Positions 9,389-20,201 of a DNA stretch of 54,348 nt are shown one piece after another. A model generated the notes under the pieces. It made no database searches. It was given only the letters and a program-made list of their open reading frames with translations, and was not told where the DNA came from. The stretch's first letter is position 1; the number at the start of each line of letters is the position of its first letter. The position numbers and the translations under genes were made by a program. This stretch comes from Paraglaciecola psychrophila (GTDB taxonomy: Bacteria > Pseudomonadota > Gammaproteobacteria > Pseudomonadales > Dasaniaceae). The DNA lies in contig JBLHLU010000001.1 in NCBI GenBank assembly GCA_047623385.1, positions 1-54,348 of the forward strand, written 5' to 3'.

Positions 9389-10561
9389 TTAGTAGCAGCT
9401 CAGCGCGGCGTCGACGGCGACACCACTGTTAATGTTAGCACCCTGTGCGGTCAGTACATTGTCCAACGCGCTCAGACACAACAATACGTTCTTCTGACTA
9501 CAGGCGTGGCCCATCAAACCTATACGCCAGGCTTTGCCCGCTAGTGCACCGAGACCGGCACCGATTTCCAGATCATACTGAGACAGCAGTGCTGAGCGCA
9601 CCGCTGCGTCGTCGGCACCCTCGGGAATACCCACCAGATTCAGTTGCGGCAGCCGATCTTTGGCGGCTACCAACATGTTCAAGCCCATGGTTTCGAGCCC
9701 GGTCACCAGCGCTTCGTGGTGCTGGCGATGACGCTGCCAAGCCGCGGGTAAGCCCTCTTCACGGAGCATTAGCAGTGATTCGTGCAGCGCGTACATAGCA
9801 TTAACAGGTGCCGTGTGGTGATAGGCGCGCTTACTGTCGCCGCCCCAATAAGCCATTACCAGTTGCATATCCAGAAACCAGCTCTGCACTTTGTGCTGGC
9901 GCTTGTTAATTCGCTCCAGCGCGCGGGGCCCAAAACTAATCGGCGATATACCCGGTACGCAGGACAAACATTTTTGCGTACCAGAATAGATAGCGTCAGC
10001 ACCCCAGCCATCGACATCCACTTCGATACCGCCAACCGAGGTGACCGCGTCAACGATACTCAAAGCACCTCTAGCGGTGGCCAAACGACACAGTGCTGCG
10101 GCATCGCTGGCGACACCGGTTGACGTCTCGGCATGAACAAAGGCTAATATACTAGCTTCGGGGTGCCGATCAAAGGCCGCTTCGGCCTTGGCGACACTGA
10201 CCGCTGTACCCCAGCTGTCCTCAACCATCACCGCCGTACCGCCACAGCGCTCGACATTTTCTTTCATACGGCCACCAAAAACGCCGTTCTGACAGACAAT
10301 AACAGTGTCACCAGGACTCACTAGATTAACAAAACAAGCTTCCATACCCGCCGAACCCGGCGCTGATATTGGCAGTGTCAGCAGGTTTTTGGTGTTGAAG
10401 GCGTATTGCAACAGCTCTTTGATTTCATCCATTAGTCCAATAAAAGCCGGGTCCAGATGGCCAATAGTGGGACGGCCCAGGGCCTCTAACACACGCGGGC
10501 TAACATCGGATGGCCCGGGGCCCATCAGGGTGCGCTGGGGTGGGTGAAAACTGGTGGTCAT
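9389..10561 (-). CDS. Alanine-glyoxylate / serine-pyruvate aminotransferase (class V PLP enzyme)
   Basis: LMGPGPS, VHAETSTG, SGTQKCLS (PLP lysine) and YHHTAP. GGAGA SD fits the ATG at 10561. Confidence 0.92.
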   Translation of the reverse strand: MTTSFHPPQRTLMGPGPSDVSPRVLEALGRPTIGHLDPAFIGLMDEIKELLQYAFNTKNLLTLPISAPGSAGMEACFVNLVSPGDTVIVCQNGVFGGRMKENVERCGGTAVMVEDSWGTAVSVAKAEAAFDRHPEASILAFVHAETSTGVASDAAALCRLATARGALSIVDAVTSVGGIEVDVDGWGADAIYSGTQKCLSCVPGISPISFGPRALERINKRQHKVQSWFLDMQLVMAYWGGDSKRAYHHTAPVNAMYALHESLLMLREEGLPAAWQRHRQHHEALVTGLETMGLNMLVAAKDRLPQLNLVGIPEGADDAAVRSALLSQYDLEIGAGLGALAGKAWRIGLMGHACSQKNVLLCLSALDNVLTAQGANINSGVAVDAALSCY

Positions 10562-10759
10562 GGTCATTCTCCAATCGAATAGTGCACCGCAGTGCGTTAA
10601 AAACGTAATAAAAAGCAGAGGCGAACAGTAGCAGTTTTTTGGCCTCAGCAACAGTCGCCAGTGCCTGCTTGAGGCCAGCCCAGCCAACGCCACTGGGCTA
10701 TCGGCTTGAGCGCCAACTTACCTTATACTTCAGACTTTTCGCGCGGATAAGCCACCCTT

Positions 10760-11986
10760 ATGAAGACTTGTTACGATTTCACCGTTATCGGTGGCGGTAT
10801 TGTCGGCACCGCTACCGCTTGGCAACTGCAGCAAGCGCACCCCGGCGCTTCAATATTACTGCTGGAAAAAGAAGCGGCCTTAGCCTGTCATCAAACCGGT
10901 CACAATAGCGGTGTTATTCACGCCGGGGTCTATTACACGCCGGGCAGTCTAAAAGCCGACTTTTGTCGCCGCGGGGCACTCGCCACCATGGCCTTTTGCG
11001 ACGACAACGCTATTCCCTACCAACAGCCCGGTAAATTATTGGTCGCCACCACCGAGATCGAGTTGCAACGCATGCAGGCACTGCAACAGCGCTGCGCCGA
11101 CAATGACATTGAATGCCACTACCTCGACCAGAGCGCACTGCGGCGACGAGAACCGCATATTCGCGGCTTAGCCGCCCTCGATATACCGCAAAGTGGTATT
11201 GTCGACTACCGCCTAGTCACCGCCAACTTGGCCAGGCACTTTGTTGACGGTGGCGGCGAGCTAACGCTCAACTGCGAAGTCATAGCCGCTGAGGAATACC
11301 CCGATCGAGTGGAGCTTGACTGCACTCATCGCGGGGGCTCCAAGCGGCGCATTGAAAGCAGCATCGTCATCGCCTGCGGCGGACTGATGGCAGATCGTCT
11401 GTGCCGCATGTTAGGCATTGCCACTGATTTCGCCATTATTCCCTTTCGCGGCGAGTATTACCGCCTCGCCAGCGCCCACAACCAGCTGGTCAAACACATG
11501 ATTTACCCGATTCCCGATCCTGCTATGCCCTTTCTCGGGGTGCATCTAACGCCAATGATTGATGGCACTATTACGGTCGGGCCCAACGCGGTATTAGGCT
11601 GGAAGCGAGAGGGTTACGGCGCACTCAATATAAATCTGACCGATACCCTGGCCACCCTCGGCTACGGCGGCTTCTGGAAGATGGCAGCACAACACTGGCG
11701 CTCAGCGGCGCAGGAAATGAAAGACAGTTTTTACCAACCGGGCTATTTGAAGCGGGTTCAAAAGTATTGCCCAGAGCTAACCGGCGCTGATTTGAAGGCC
11801 TATCCCGCCGGTATTCGCGCGCAAGCGGTGATGCATGACGGCTCCCTAGCCGAGGATTTTTTGTTCGCCCACTCTGCTCGCACCCTGCAGGTCTGCAATG
11901 CGCCGTCACCGGCGGCGACTTCGGCGCTGCCGATCGGCGCCTATATTGTCGATCAGGTACAAACTAAACTGGCGGCACTGGGCTGA
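10760..11986 (+). CDS. lhgO: L-2-hydroxyglutarate oxidase/dehydrogenase
   Basis: GGGIVG, HQTGHNSGVIHAGVYY, PFRGEYY, PFLGVHLT and NAPSPAATS. Confidence 0.92.
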   Translation: MKTCYDFTVIGGGIVGTATAWQLQQAHPGASILLLEKEAALACHQTGHNSGVIHAGVYYTPGSLKADFCRRGALATMAFCDDNAIPYQQPGKLLVATTEIELQRMQALQQRCADNDIECHYLDQSALRRREPHIRGLAALDIPQSGIVDYRLVTANLARHFVDGGGELTLNCEVIAAEEYPDRVELDCTHRGGSKRRIESSIVIACGGLMADRLCRMLGIATDFAIIPFRGEYYRLASAHNQLVKHMIYPIPDPAMPFLGVHLTPMIDGTITVGPNAVLGWKREGYGALNINLTDTLATLGYGGFWKMAAQHWRSAAQEMKDSFYQPGYLKRVQKYCPELTGADLKAYPAGIRAQAVMHDGSLAEDFLFAHSARTLQVCNAPSPAATSALPIGAYIVDQVQTKLAALG

Positions 11987-12090
11987 GGGTATTTTTGCAC
12001 TGGCGGTGGCAGCAACAATAACACCGCCGATAATTGGCTTTTTAATAGTTGGTTTGGCACTAGTGCTTGGCTAATAGTGGCCTGGTCAGT

Positions 12091-12122
12091 AGTAGATCGG
12101 ACAATAGTGGACCGGACAATAG
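12091..12122. repeat. 15-bp imperfect tandem duplication AGTAGATCGGACAAT / AGTGGACCGGACAAT
   Basis: Read directly in the lhgO-channel intergenic region. Confidence 0.7.
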
Positions 12123-12226
12123 CCGGTTTGCCAATTGCCACGTCTACTTATAAGCTGTGCACTGCACGAGCGGACACAGACCCGCTAGTGCCACCGATTA
12201 ACTGTTTTATTATTGCCGAGACATTG

Positions 12227-13003
12227 ATGAGTACCACCTTAAAACAGTCTTTAACCCGCCTGTATTTTGGCCAAGATAGTGGTGCCATGCGATTTCGCTT
12301 TGCCATGCTCACTTTCGACGCTTTGGTTATTTTATTTTTTATCGCCTCCTCGCTGATCGATAGTCTAGCCTCGCTGTACTGGCTTGATTATGTCTTCGCC
12401 GCGCTATTGGCGCTGGACCTGGCGGCCCGCGTATTTATTGCCCGCCGGCCACTGACCTTTGTGCTGCAATTGACCTCACTGGCGGATGTGGTGGTTATCC
12501 TGTCACTAATGGCGGCGGCCTTTGTCGATAATCTGGGGTTTTTACGGGTATTGAGAATGCTGCGACTGCTGCGCTCGTACCATATCGTTAGGGAACTTCG
12601 CCAAATCTTCCCATTTTTCAAAAAAAATGAGGACATTATTGGCTCTAGCCTTAACTTAAGCGTGTTTGTCTTTGTGATCACCGCGGTGATCTACGTACTG
12701 GAAGTAGATAAGAATGAGCACATCAACAACTACTTAGATGCCCTGTACTTTACCGTCGCCACGCTCACCACCACCGGTTTTGGTGATATCACTTTATCAG
12801 ATACCCTCGGACGGCTGATCGCGGTGATTATTATGGTGTTCGGAGTAGGACTTTTCCTGCGTCTGGTACAAACTATTTTCCGCCCCAGCAAAGTTGCCCA
12901 CAGTTGCACGGTATGCGGACTCAGCCGTCACGAGGGCGACGCTGTGCACTGCAAACACTGCGGCAATCAACTCAATATTGCCACCGAGGGCGACTGGATT
13001 TAG
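12227..13003 (+). CDS. Voltage-gated potassium channel family protein
   Basis: S4-like LRVLRMLRLLR, pore signature TTTGFGD, C-terminal CxxC...CxxC. Start taken at ATG 12227. Confidence 0.9.
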   Translation: MSTTLKQSLTRLYFGQDSGAMRFRFAMLTFDALVILFFIASSLIDSLASLYWLDYVFAALLALDLAARVFIARRPLTFVLQLTSLADVVVILSLMAAAFVDNLGFLRVLRMLRLLRSYHIVRELRQIFPFFKKNEDIIGSSLNLSVFVFVITAVIYVLEVDKNEHINNYLDALYFTVATLTTTGFGDITLSDTLGRLIAVIIMVFGVGLFLRLVQTIFRPSKVAHSCTVCGLSRHEGDAVHCKHCGNQLNIATEGDWI

Positions 13004-13198
13004 TGCTGACCGGTTGCACCGACTGGCTCTTTCAGTCGGTTAGAATAGCGCAAGGCAGCGGCGCCGAGCGCTATGGCTGGCTGCCGATGATATCTGAGTG
13101 GGGGATAAGCGCTGGCGAGCGAGCGCTGGAAGTAAAGCAACTGTAGAACAAGCGCTGAACGGCAGCGCCCAGTGGATAGGTTCATCTTGCCCGGTAAA

Positions 13199-15082
13199 CT
13201 AGACCTGCGCCAAGTTGCCCTTGCTCTCCAACCAGATTTTGCGGTCGGCGGAACGTTTCTTAGCCAACAACATATCGAGTAGCCCGTTAGTGTCGTCGCC
13301 ACCTTCGATAACCAGCCGCACCAACCGGCGAGTATCACCGCTCATTACCGTTTCGCGCAACTGCAGCGGATTCATTTCACCAAGGCCTTTAAAGCGCTGT
13401 ACGCCAATTTTACCTTTTTTGTTTTCCGCCTCAATGCGATCGAGAATACCCTGCTTTTCGGCATCGTCCAGCGCGTAGTAGACATCTTTGCCGATATCGA
13501 TGCGATACAGCGGCGGCATTGCCACATAGACGTGGCCCGCCGCTACCAGTGGTCTGAAATGGCGCACAAACAGCGCACTGATCAAGGTGGCGATATGCAG
13601 CCCGTCGGAGTCGGCGTCGGCGAGAATACAAACCTTGTGGTAGCGCAGGCCCGACAGATCATCCGACGCTGGGTCAACGCCGATCGCCACGGCGATATTG
13701 TGTACTTCCTCCGAGGCCAGAATTTCCTGAGAGTCAACTTCCCAAGTATTGAGAATCTTACCGCGCAGCGGCAGTATCGCCTGTGTCTCGCGATCTCGAC
13801 CCTGCTTAGCAGAACCTCCGGCGGAGTCGCCCTCGACCAAAAATAACTCGCCACGAGCCGGGTCATCGCTGGAACAGTCCGCCAGTTTACCGGGCAGAGC
13901 CGGGCCGGTAGTGATTTTTTTGCGCGCCACTTTCTTGGATTTTTTCATCCGCGCCTGAGCGTTGTTAATGCACATCTCAGCGAGTTTTTCAGCGTCTTCG
14001 GTATGGTGATTGAGCCATAGCGCGAAGGCATCTTTGGCCACCCCAGAAACGAAGGCGGCGGCCTCCCGGGAGCTCAGCCGCTCTTTGGTCTGGCCGGAGA
14101 ACTGGGGGTCTTGCAACTTCGATGACAGCACATAACAACATTTGTCCCAAATGTCGTCACCGGACAACTTTACCCCGCGGGGCAAGAGGCTGCGAAATTC
14201 ACAAAACTCGCGCATTGCGTCCAACAACCCGGTGCGCAGGCCGTTGACGTGAGTGCCACCTTGGGCTGTAGGAATCAAGTTCACATAGGATTCAGTGGTC
14301 AGTTCACCGCCCTCGGGCAGCCATTGCAATGCCCAGTCAACCGCTTCAGTACTGCCGGTAAAAGTACCGACAAAGGGGTCCTCAGGGATCACTTCCCAGG
14401 CTTTGGTACTGCCCGCCAAATAATCTTTGAGGCCGTCCTCGTAATACCACTGCTCTTTTTCGCCACTGGCCTCCTCGGTAAAACTTACCCGCAGCCCCGG
14501 GCACAATACTGCCTTAGCCCGCAGTACATGGCGAAGCCTGAGCAGTGAAAATTTGGCGGAATCAAAGTAGCTGGCATCGGGCCAAAAACGAATCTCGGTG
14601 CCGGTATTGCGCTTGCCACAGGTGTCGATAACTACCAATTCACTGGCTTTGTCACCACTGGCGAAGGCCATCTGATGAACCTCGCCCTCTCGGCGAATCG
14701 TCACCTCGAGCCGGGTCGACAAGGCGTTGACCACCGACACGCCGACGCCGTGTAGGCCGCCAGAGAACTGGTAATTGTCGTTGCTGAATTTACCGCCGGC
14801 GTGCAGCGTGCATAGAATCACCTCAACCCCCGGCAGACCCTGCTCCGGGTGCATATCGACGGGCATACCTCGGCCATCATCGGTGCAACTTAACGAACCG
14901 TCCTTGTAGACGGTTACCTCAATCTCACTGGCGTGACCGGCGAGGGCTTCATCGACACTGTTGTCGATAATTTCTTGGGCCAGGTGATTGGGCCGGGTGG
15001 TATCGGTGTACATACCCGGACGTTTGCGCACCGGGTCGAGACCGGTTAATACTTCGATAGATTGAGCGTTATAGTCGGTCAT
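13199..15082 (-). CDS. parE: DNA topoisomerase IV subunit B
   Basis: VRKRPGMYTD, EIIDNSVDE, GGLHGVGVS, VEGDSAGGS, PLRGKILN, DADSDGLHI and QRFKGLGEM. About 627 aa from MTDYNAQ. Confidence 0.97.
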   Translation of the reverse strand: MTDYNAQSIEVLTGLDPVRKRPGMYTDTTRPNHLAQEIIDNSVDEALAGHASEIEVTVYKDGSLSCTDDGRGMPVDMHPEQGLPGVEVILCTLHAGGKFSNDNYQFSGGLHGVGVSVVNALSTRLEVTIRREGEVHQMAFASGDKASELVVIDTCGKRNTGTEIRFWPDASYFDSAKFSLLRLRHVLRAKAVLCPGLRVSFTEEASGEKEQWYYEDGLKDYLAGSTKAWEVIPEDPFVGTFTGSTEAVDWALQWLPEGGELTTESYVNLIPTAQGGTHVNGLRTGLLDAMREFCEFRSLLPRGVKLSGDDIWDKCCYVLSSKLQDPQFSGQTKERLSSREAAAFVSGVAKDAFALWLNHHTEDAEKLAEMCINNAQARMKKSKKVARKKITTGPALPGKLADCSSDDPARGELFLVEGDSAGGSAKQGRDRETQAILPLRGKILNTWEVDSQEILASEEVHNIAVAIGVDPASDDLSGLRYHKVCILADADSDGLHIATLISALFVRHFRPLVAAGHVYVAMPPLYRIDIGKDVYYALDDAEKQGILDRIEAENKKGKIGVQRFKGLGEMNPLQLRETVMSGDTRRLVRLVIEGGDDTNGLLDMLLAKKRSADRKIWLESKGNLAQV

Positions 15083-15256
15083 TGAAGGTTCTTTTATTTG
15101 CGGACTGGAACGAATCGCCAATTCTAGGAACTTTAGCGCGCCGGGACAATGATTATTTGGGCTAACGTCCCGCTGTTTTAGCGAATGTCGATCAGCTGGC
15201 GGTACCGCTCGCTGATATCACGCAACCGCGAAAGCCCGCCGCTGAATACTGGCTTG

Positions 15257-16075
15257 CTAATAGAAGTGCTCGCCCTCGAAGTCGATAGCTGACTCAAAGG
15301 GATAGTTCTCGACCCGCGACATCCCGGTATCGATGGTGCCCTCGGCACCCAGAGTCAGCCAGCGATAGCCCGGCCCCACTCGCTGCAGACGAAAATCGTC
15401 ACTGCCGGGGGCAAATTGCACGCAGCTACTAGGACTGGCGAGCAGCCGCAGGCCTCGGTACACGCGGTCTATTGGTTGGTGAATATGGCCGCAAATAACC
15501 CCGCGAACGCGGTCGCAGCCCTCGACAATGGCAAAAAACTGCTCGCTGTTGACTACTTTTTGCGGGTCTAACCAGGCGCAATCGATAGCCAGCAGCGGGT
15601 GGTGCATGGCGATCAACACATGGCGCTGGCCGCAGTCAGCCAAGGCCGCCGTTAAGTGTGCTAGCTCAGCCGGTGCCAGTAGTCCACCGGACTCGCCATC
15701 GACAGAGGAGTCCAGCAATACTAACCGCCAATTGCCGATATCGACCACCCGCTGTAACTGGTCACCGCGGCCCACCGCCTCTTCCATGGCACTATTGAGG
15801 TCATGATTACCCGGCAGCCAGTGGCGCCTAGACGCCACCGTCGCGGTCGCCTCAGCAAAGCGCTGGTAAGAAGTCACCGCGCCACAATTGGAAATATCAC
15901 CGGTAGCCAACAACACATCGCACTCGCCGCGCTCACGGGCGATTAGTGCGACCACTGCGGCCAAACTGGCGTCGGTGTCCATTCCCAATAGCGTGCCACC
16001 ACGGTGGCGCTCTAAGTGGGCATCGGTGATTTGAACCAGCGATACCGCCGGCGAATTATTCGCTTTGATGTGCAT
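15257..16075 (-). CDS. cpdA: 3',5'-cyclic-AMP phosphodiesterase
   Basis: Metallophosphoesterase motifs TDAH, TGD, PGNHD, HHP and GHIH. Conserved position between yqiB and parE. Confidence 0.9.
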   Translation of the reverse strand: MHIKANNSPAVSLVQITDAHLERHRGGTLLGMDTDASLAAVVALIARERGECDVLLATGDISNCGAVTSYQRFAEATATVASRRHWLPGNHDLNSAMEEAVGRGDQLQRVVDIGNWRLVLLDSSVDGESGGLLAPAELAHLTAALADCGQRHVLIAMHHPLLAIDCAWLDPQKVVNSEQFFAIVEGCDRVRGVICGHIHQPIDRVYRGLRLLASPSSCVQFAPGSDDFRLQRVGPGYRWLTLGAEGTIDTGMSRVENYPFESAIDFEGEHFY

Positions 16076-16123
16076 TGCCCTATGGTATGAGTGGTACCGT
16101 TGATAGGATGCTGTCGGTATTGA

Positions 16124-16627
16124 CTAACTGAACACGCTGTCGGGTACGCCCTGTAGGGCGCGGCCGTGGTTCAGGCAATGGCTGAGCCACTCCCCCAACA
16201 AGGCATTTAACTGCCCTTTTTCGTCACTGTGGTACATGTTGTTGTTGGGGTAGTCGTATTTAATATGCAAACGGTGATGATTGTCATAACTAATAACTTC
16301 GGCCATACGCGCATCGTGATAAATACGTAGCGAAAACGTCGGCGAACTAATCCAGCGCCGCAATTTGTCGGCGCCGCCGTCATCGGTATCGCCACTCGGT
16401 TCAGCGGTTATCAGCGGCCGCTGACTGATTTCAACCATGGTGGTGTATTTACAGCGCTCGATAATCTGCAACCGAAAGCACACTGGGTGCTGCGCAATCA
16501 ATTCGACCACTAATTCTCGCCGATCTTCAGTAGCCAACTGGGGTAGCAACTTCATCAGTCGCAGGTAGTTGGCCTCACATTCAGCCATCAACCCGGCGAG
16601 GTCGATGCTGTACTTTTTCTTCGCCAT
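16124..16627 (-). CDS. yqiB: DUF1249 (YqiB) family protein
   Basis: CEANYLRL, RIYHDARMAEV, YDYPN...DEK..LN..LGEWL. Synteny with cpdA. Confidence 0.88.
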   Translation of the reverse strand: MAKKKYSIDLAGLMAECEANYLRLMKLLPQLATEDRRELVVELIAQHPVCFRLQIIERCKYTTMVEISQRPLITAEPSGDTDDGGADKLRRWISSPTFSLRIYHDARMAEVISYDNHHRLHIKYDYPNNNMYHSDEKGQLNALLGEWLSHCLNHGRALQGVPDSVFS

Positions 16628-16842
16628 AGAGCAGCTCGTAACGGCTAAGTGGGGAGGTTACCCGCACTGGCCTGGGTGATTTCCAGACTTTTTAGTTTAG
16701 CAGTATTCGCTGCCCGCCGTTAATACTGTCCTAACAAAATTTAATGGCGTTATCAGTGGCAAACGTGGGGGTTTAGGTAGATTTTTGCTATCATATAGTG
16801 CAGCACTTACTAATATTGTCTTTTTTTTCTTAAGGATATGAC

Positions 16843-18237
16843 ATGAATTTTCCGTTTCGACCTCTTCTAGCCGCGGTCGCTTTATGCACAGCCAGCACAC
16901 TGAGTTTGGCCGATACTCTCGCCGAAATTTATCAATTGGCACTCAAGAACGATCCAACGTTAAAGGCCGCCGAAGCGACTTATCGCTCTGACATAGAATT
17001 CGAGAGACAGGCGCTGTCAACTATTGTGCCACAGATCTCTGGCACCGCCAGCTATGGCGAGCAGGATATCGATACCATCGGTTTCAACCAGGAAACTCTG
17101 GGCAGTAACGAAACCACTCGAGAGAGCGACCAGACCTCCTACAAGATCTCCGTATTCCAAAATCTGTTTGACCTGTCAGCTTGGTTTTATTTTAAACAGG
17201 GCAAAGAAATAAGCCTTCGGGCCCAAGCGCAGTTAGCCGCGGACCAACAGGACCTTATTGTGCGGGTAGCTAGTGCCTACTTTGACGTACTCAGTGCGCA
17301 GGATAATTTGCGCGCCTCGCAAGCCGAAGAGCGCGCCACCAAGCGGCAGCTAGAACAAACTCAGCAGCGCTTTGACGTCGGTCTGATCGCCATTACCGAG
17401 GTGCACGAGGCCCAAGCGGTGTTTGACGGCACCGTGGTCAGACGCCTCACGGACGAGGGCGCACTGGGCACCGCCTTCGAAGCGCTGACAGTATTGACCG
17501 GTGAGAGCCACAGCAATCTGTGGGAACTCAACAAGGATTTCCCTATAGTCGACCCCGACCCGCTGGCCAGAGATGAATGGGTAAAATTTGCTCTTAAAAA
17601 CAATTACAACCTGAAAGTAGCGCTGCATGCGATGGAGGGTGCTCGCCACAATGCCACCGCCAAACGGATGAGCCATGCACCGACGGTGACCGCTTCTTAC
17701 CAGTATTCAGACGACGAAAACAATACTGACCTAACCGGTGTCGGCGACGGCATATTGGATTCGCAAACCGATGGCAGTGCTTGGCGGGTCGAGCTGACCG
17801 TGCCCATTTTTAGCGGTGGCCTCACCAGCTCACAGCGCCGTCAGGCCCACGAGCAGTACAACGGCGCACTGCAAAACCAAATCGGCACGCAGCGCAATGT
17901 TATTCGCAACACCCGGGCTTCGCACATCAATGTGGCCACTGACGTACAACGGGTCAAAGCCCGCAAACAGTCCATCGTATCGACCCGCAGTGCGCTAGAT
18001 GCAACCCAAGCAGGTTATGAAGTAGGTACCCGCAATATCGTCGATGTGTTACAGGCTCAGCGCTCGCTGTATTTCTCTATTCGCGATTATGCTAACTCAC
18101 GCTATGGCTATGTGATCAATATGATGTTGTTAAAGCAGGCCGCGGGAACGCTCAGCCCCGAGGATATTATCGATATCAGTAAGTGGATGGTGGCCGGCGG
18201 CAGTACCTCTGCCAACGACATGAATAGTATTCGTTAG
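16843..18237 (+). CDS. tolC: TolC family outer-membrane channel
   Basis: Signal peptide, LAEIYQLALKNDP, AYFDVL, QRFDVGL and GYEVGTRNIVDVLQAQ. Divergent from yqiB-cpdA-parE. Confidence 0.93.
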   Translation: MNFPFRPLLAAVALCTASTLSLADTLAEIYQLALKNDPTLKAAEATYRSDIEFERQALSTIVPQISGTASYGEQDIDTIGFNQETLGSNETTRESDQTSYKISVFQNLFDLSAWFYFKQGKEISLRAQAQLAADQQDLIVRVASAYFDVLSAQDNLRASQAEERATKRQLEQTQQRFDVGLIAITEVHEAQAVFDGTVVRRLTDEGALGTAFEALTVLTGESHSNLWELNKDFPIVDPDPLARDEWVKFALKNNYNLKVALHAMEGARHNATAKRMSHAPTVTASYQYSDDENNTDLTGVGDGILDSQTDGSAWRVELTVPIFSGGLTSSQRRQAHEQYNGALQNQIGTQRNVIRNTRASHINVATDVQRVKARKQSIVSTRSALDATQAGYEVGTRNIVDVLQAQRSLYFSIRDYANSRYGYVINMMLLKQAAGTLSPEDIIDISKWMVAGGSTSANDMNSIR

Positions 18238-18483
18238 CCGCCCCAGTATCGCAGCGACCGATTGCGCAGTGATTGCTTAAAGATCGCTCGCGACCGGCCG
18301 CTACTGCCCGCAAAAACAGTACCTGCAAGGCCTAAGTCCGCAACACTCCCAGCTCACTTTTTATTGCTACCAGCATACTAGCCTCGCTGTCTTCGGGCCT
18401 GGTTTTGCAACCGAATAAGGCTATGCCATCGCGGCGTGACGATAATAGCCACTCAATTGATGCACTAAAGTGCTTTGCTTTTG

Positions 18484-18518
18484 CTAACCACTAACCACTA
18501 ACCACTAACGGCTAACGA
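18484..18518. repeat. 7-bp tandem repeat (CTAACCA x3, CTAACGG, CTAACGA)
   Basis: Read directly, just downstream of the stop of the minus-strand oxidoreductase gene. Confidence 0.85.
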
Positions 18519-18529
18519 TGATAAAACAG

Positions 18530-19996
18530 TTAGTCCGCGTTCTGGGCCAGCACTGCGTGCATGCCCAAGCGGTCGGGGCCATTGACGATATTGGCCGCAG
18601 CATTTTTTCGTCGCCCGCGCAGCATATACCAGAAAATAGTATTGCGAATACGCTTTTCCTTGAGAAAGGCGCCGGGGGCTTCAAGCAGGTGCACGGTGCG
18701 CATCAGCCCTCTAATAACATGGATATTACTTTGCATAGCACCGGCCATGGCGTCGCCAAAAGCCAGACCAAACCACTTTTTAATACCACCAGCGCGCTCC
18801 AATGACTGCCCAGAACGGACCGCGGCGGCGCGTTTGATGCCCTTGCGGTCTTCGTTGAGACTAGCATCGAAGATCGGCCGAATCTGCTCTTGCGTATCGA
18901 TTTCAAATTGCAGCGCACAGCGCACCGGATCCTGTTCTCGCTCAATCACATCCGCCAGTAGATGCGCGTGTTTCATACCGATACTGCAGCCTCGACCGTA
19001 TAGCGGATTAGTGCGAATAGCGGCATCGCCAATAGCAAAAAAGTTGAGCGCCAAGGGCTGTTCGTCCTCGCTGTAGTAGCGCCAGTGCGCATGGATATCA
19101 CCGAAACCAAAGGAGTCGGTAGTAGCATCTGATACCGCGCTGTCTACCCAGGGCATAAGCCCAGGGATAGCTCGGCAGATTTGGTCAAATTGCTCGGCAC
19201 TGTTGACTGCTTTGCGCAGTTCAATCTCGTTGGCAGGTACGCAAATAATAACCGCAAAGTGCCGGTCTTCACCGGGGAATACGCCGTATTTCAAATAGCC
19301 TAAATCTCCGGCAGAGCGCTCGGGGCCATCGCGGGGCGGCGCATCAACACCGGTCTTTAAGCGGTAGTGGCGGGTAAAATAGACAATTTCAGCGTCGTCT
19401 TTCTCCTCCCGCACACGCAACCCCATATTCTTAAACCACGTCGGGAATTTACTGGTGCGACCGCTGGCATCAACTACCAAATCGGCGCTGACAAAGCCCT
19501 CAGTGAGCTCCAAACCAGTGGCTACTAAAGCGCCCTCTCGGGTCTCGGTGAGCAGCCCGGTCACACTCTGATCGTTAACGATCTCAATACCCGGTTGGCG
19601 CTCGACATAGCGGCGCAGCACCGTTTCCATAGTCGCCCGGCGGCACATCATCACCCACAGCCGCTCGTCTCCGGGCTCGGGCTGATAGTCAGCCTTCAGC
19701 TCAGGCGGAATCATTTCTTCGAAACCCACCCGCAGCGCGCCGGCATCGACAAAGTCTTGTAATAAATCGGGGTAGTTGTCCTGTAAAATATTGCACAGCA
19801 GCCCGAGAAAGGCGTGGGGATGGCGAAACTGTCCAGCGCCACGGCGATCCCAATCAAAAAATGCGGCATCGGCACCGCCCTCAGGTGGCGCGCCATCACG
19901 TTCAAAAACACGCACGTTGTGGCCTTTACGCGCCAGCGCCAATGACGCCCCCAAGCCGCATATACCGGCCCCTACTATGGCAATGGTCTTCGACAT
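18530..19996 (-). CDS. FAD-dependent oxidoreductase (monooxygenase-like)
   Basis: IVGAGICG, VFERD, DLVVDASGR and IGDAAIRTNPLYGRG. Confidence 0.85.
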   Translation of the reverse strand: MSKTIAIVGAGICGLGASLALARKGHNVRVFERDGAPPEGGADAAFFDWDRRGAGQFRHPHAFLGLLCNILQDNYPDLLQDFVDAGALRVGFEEMIPPELKADYQPEPGDERLWVMMCRRATMETVLRRYVERQPGIEIVNDQSVTGLLTETREGALVATGLELTEGFVSADLVVDASGRTSKFPTWFKNMGLRVREEKDDAEIVYFTRHYRLKTGVDAPPRDGPERSAGDLGYLKYGVFPGEDRHFAVIICVPANEIELRKAVNSAEQFDQICRAIPGLMPWVDSAVSDATTDSFGFGDIHAHWRYYSEDEQPLALNFFAIGDAAIRTNPLYGRGCSIGMKHAHLLADVIEREQDPVRCALQFEIDTQEQIRPIFDASLNEDRKGIKRAAAVRSGQSLERAGGIKKWFGLAFGDAMAGAMQSNIHVIRGLMRTVHLLEAPGAFLKEKRIRNTIFWYMLRGRRKNAAANIVNGPDRLGMHAVLAQNAD

Positions 19997-20201
19997 CGAT
20001 GTCTATCCTCTCTATTGTTGTTTTTCTCGATTATGCACGGCGCGAACTAACACAGGTCCATAAACTGGCGTGTTTCCTGACAATCGAATTTTGACACTAT
20101 CACAACCTAACACACTGCCAACGACAACGGGGCCGCATTACCATATTGAAATCCGACCCACAACAGCTCCGTTCAGGTAAAAAAGTGTGGCTACAGCGGC
20201 T

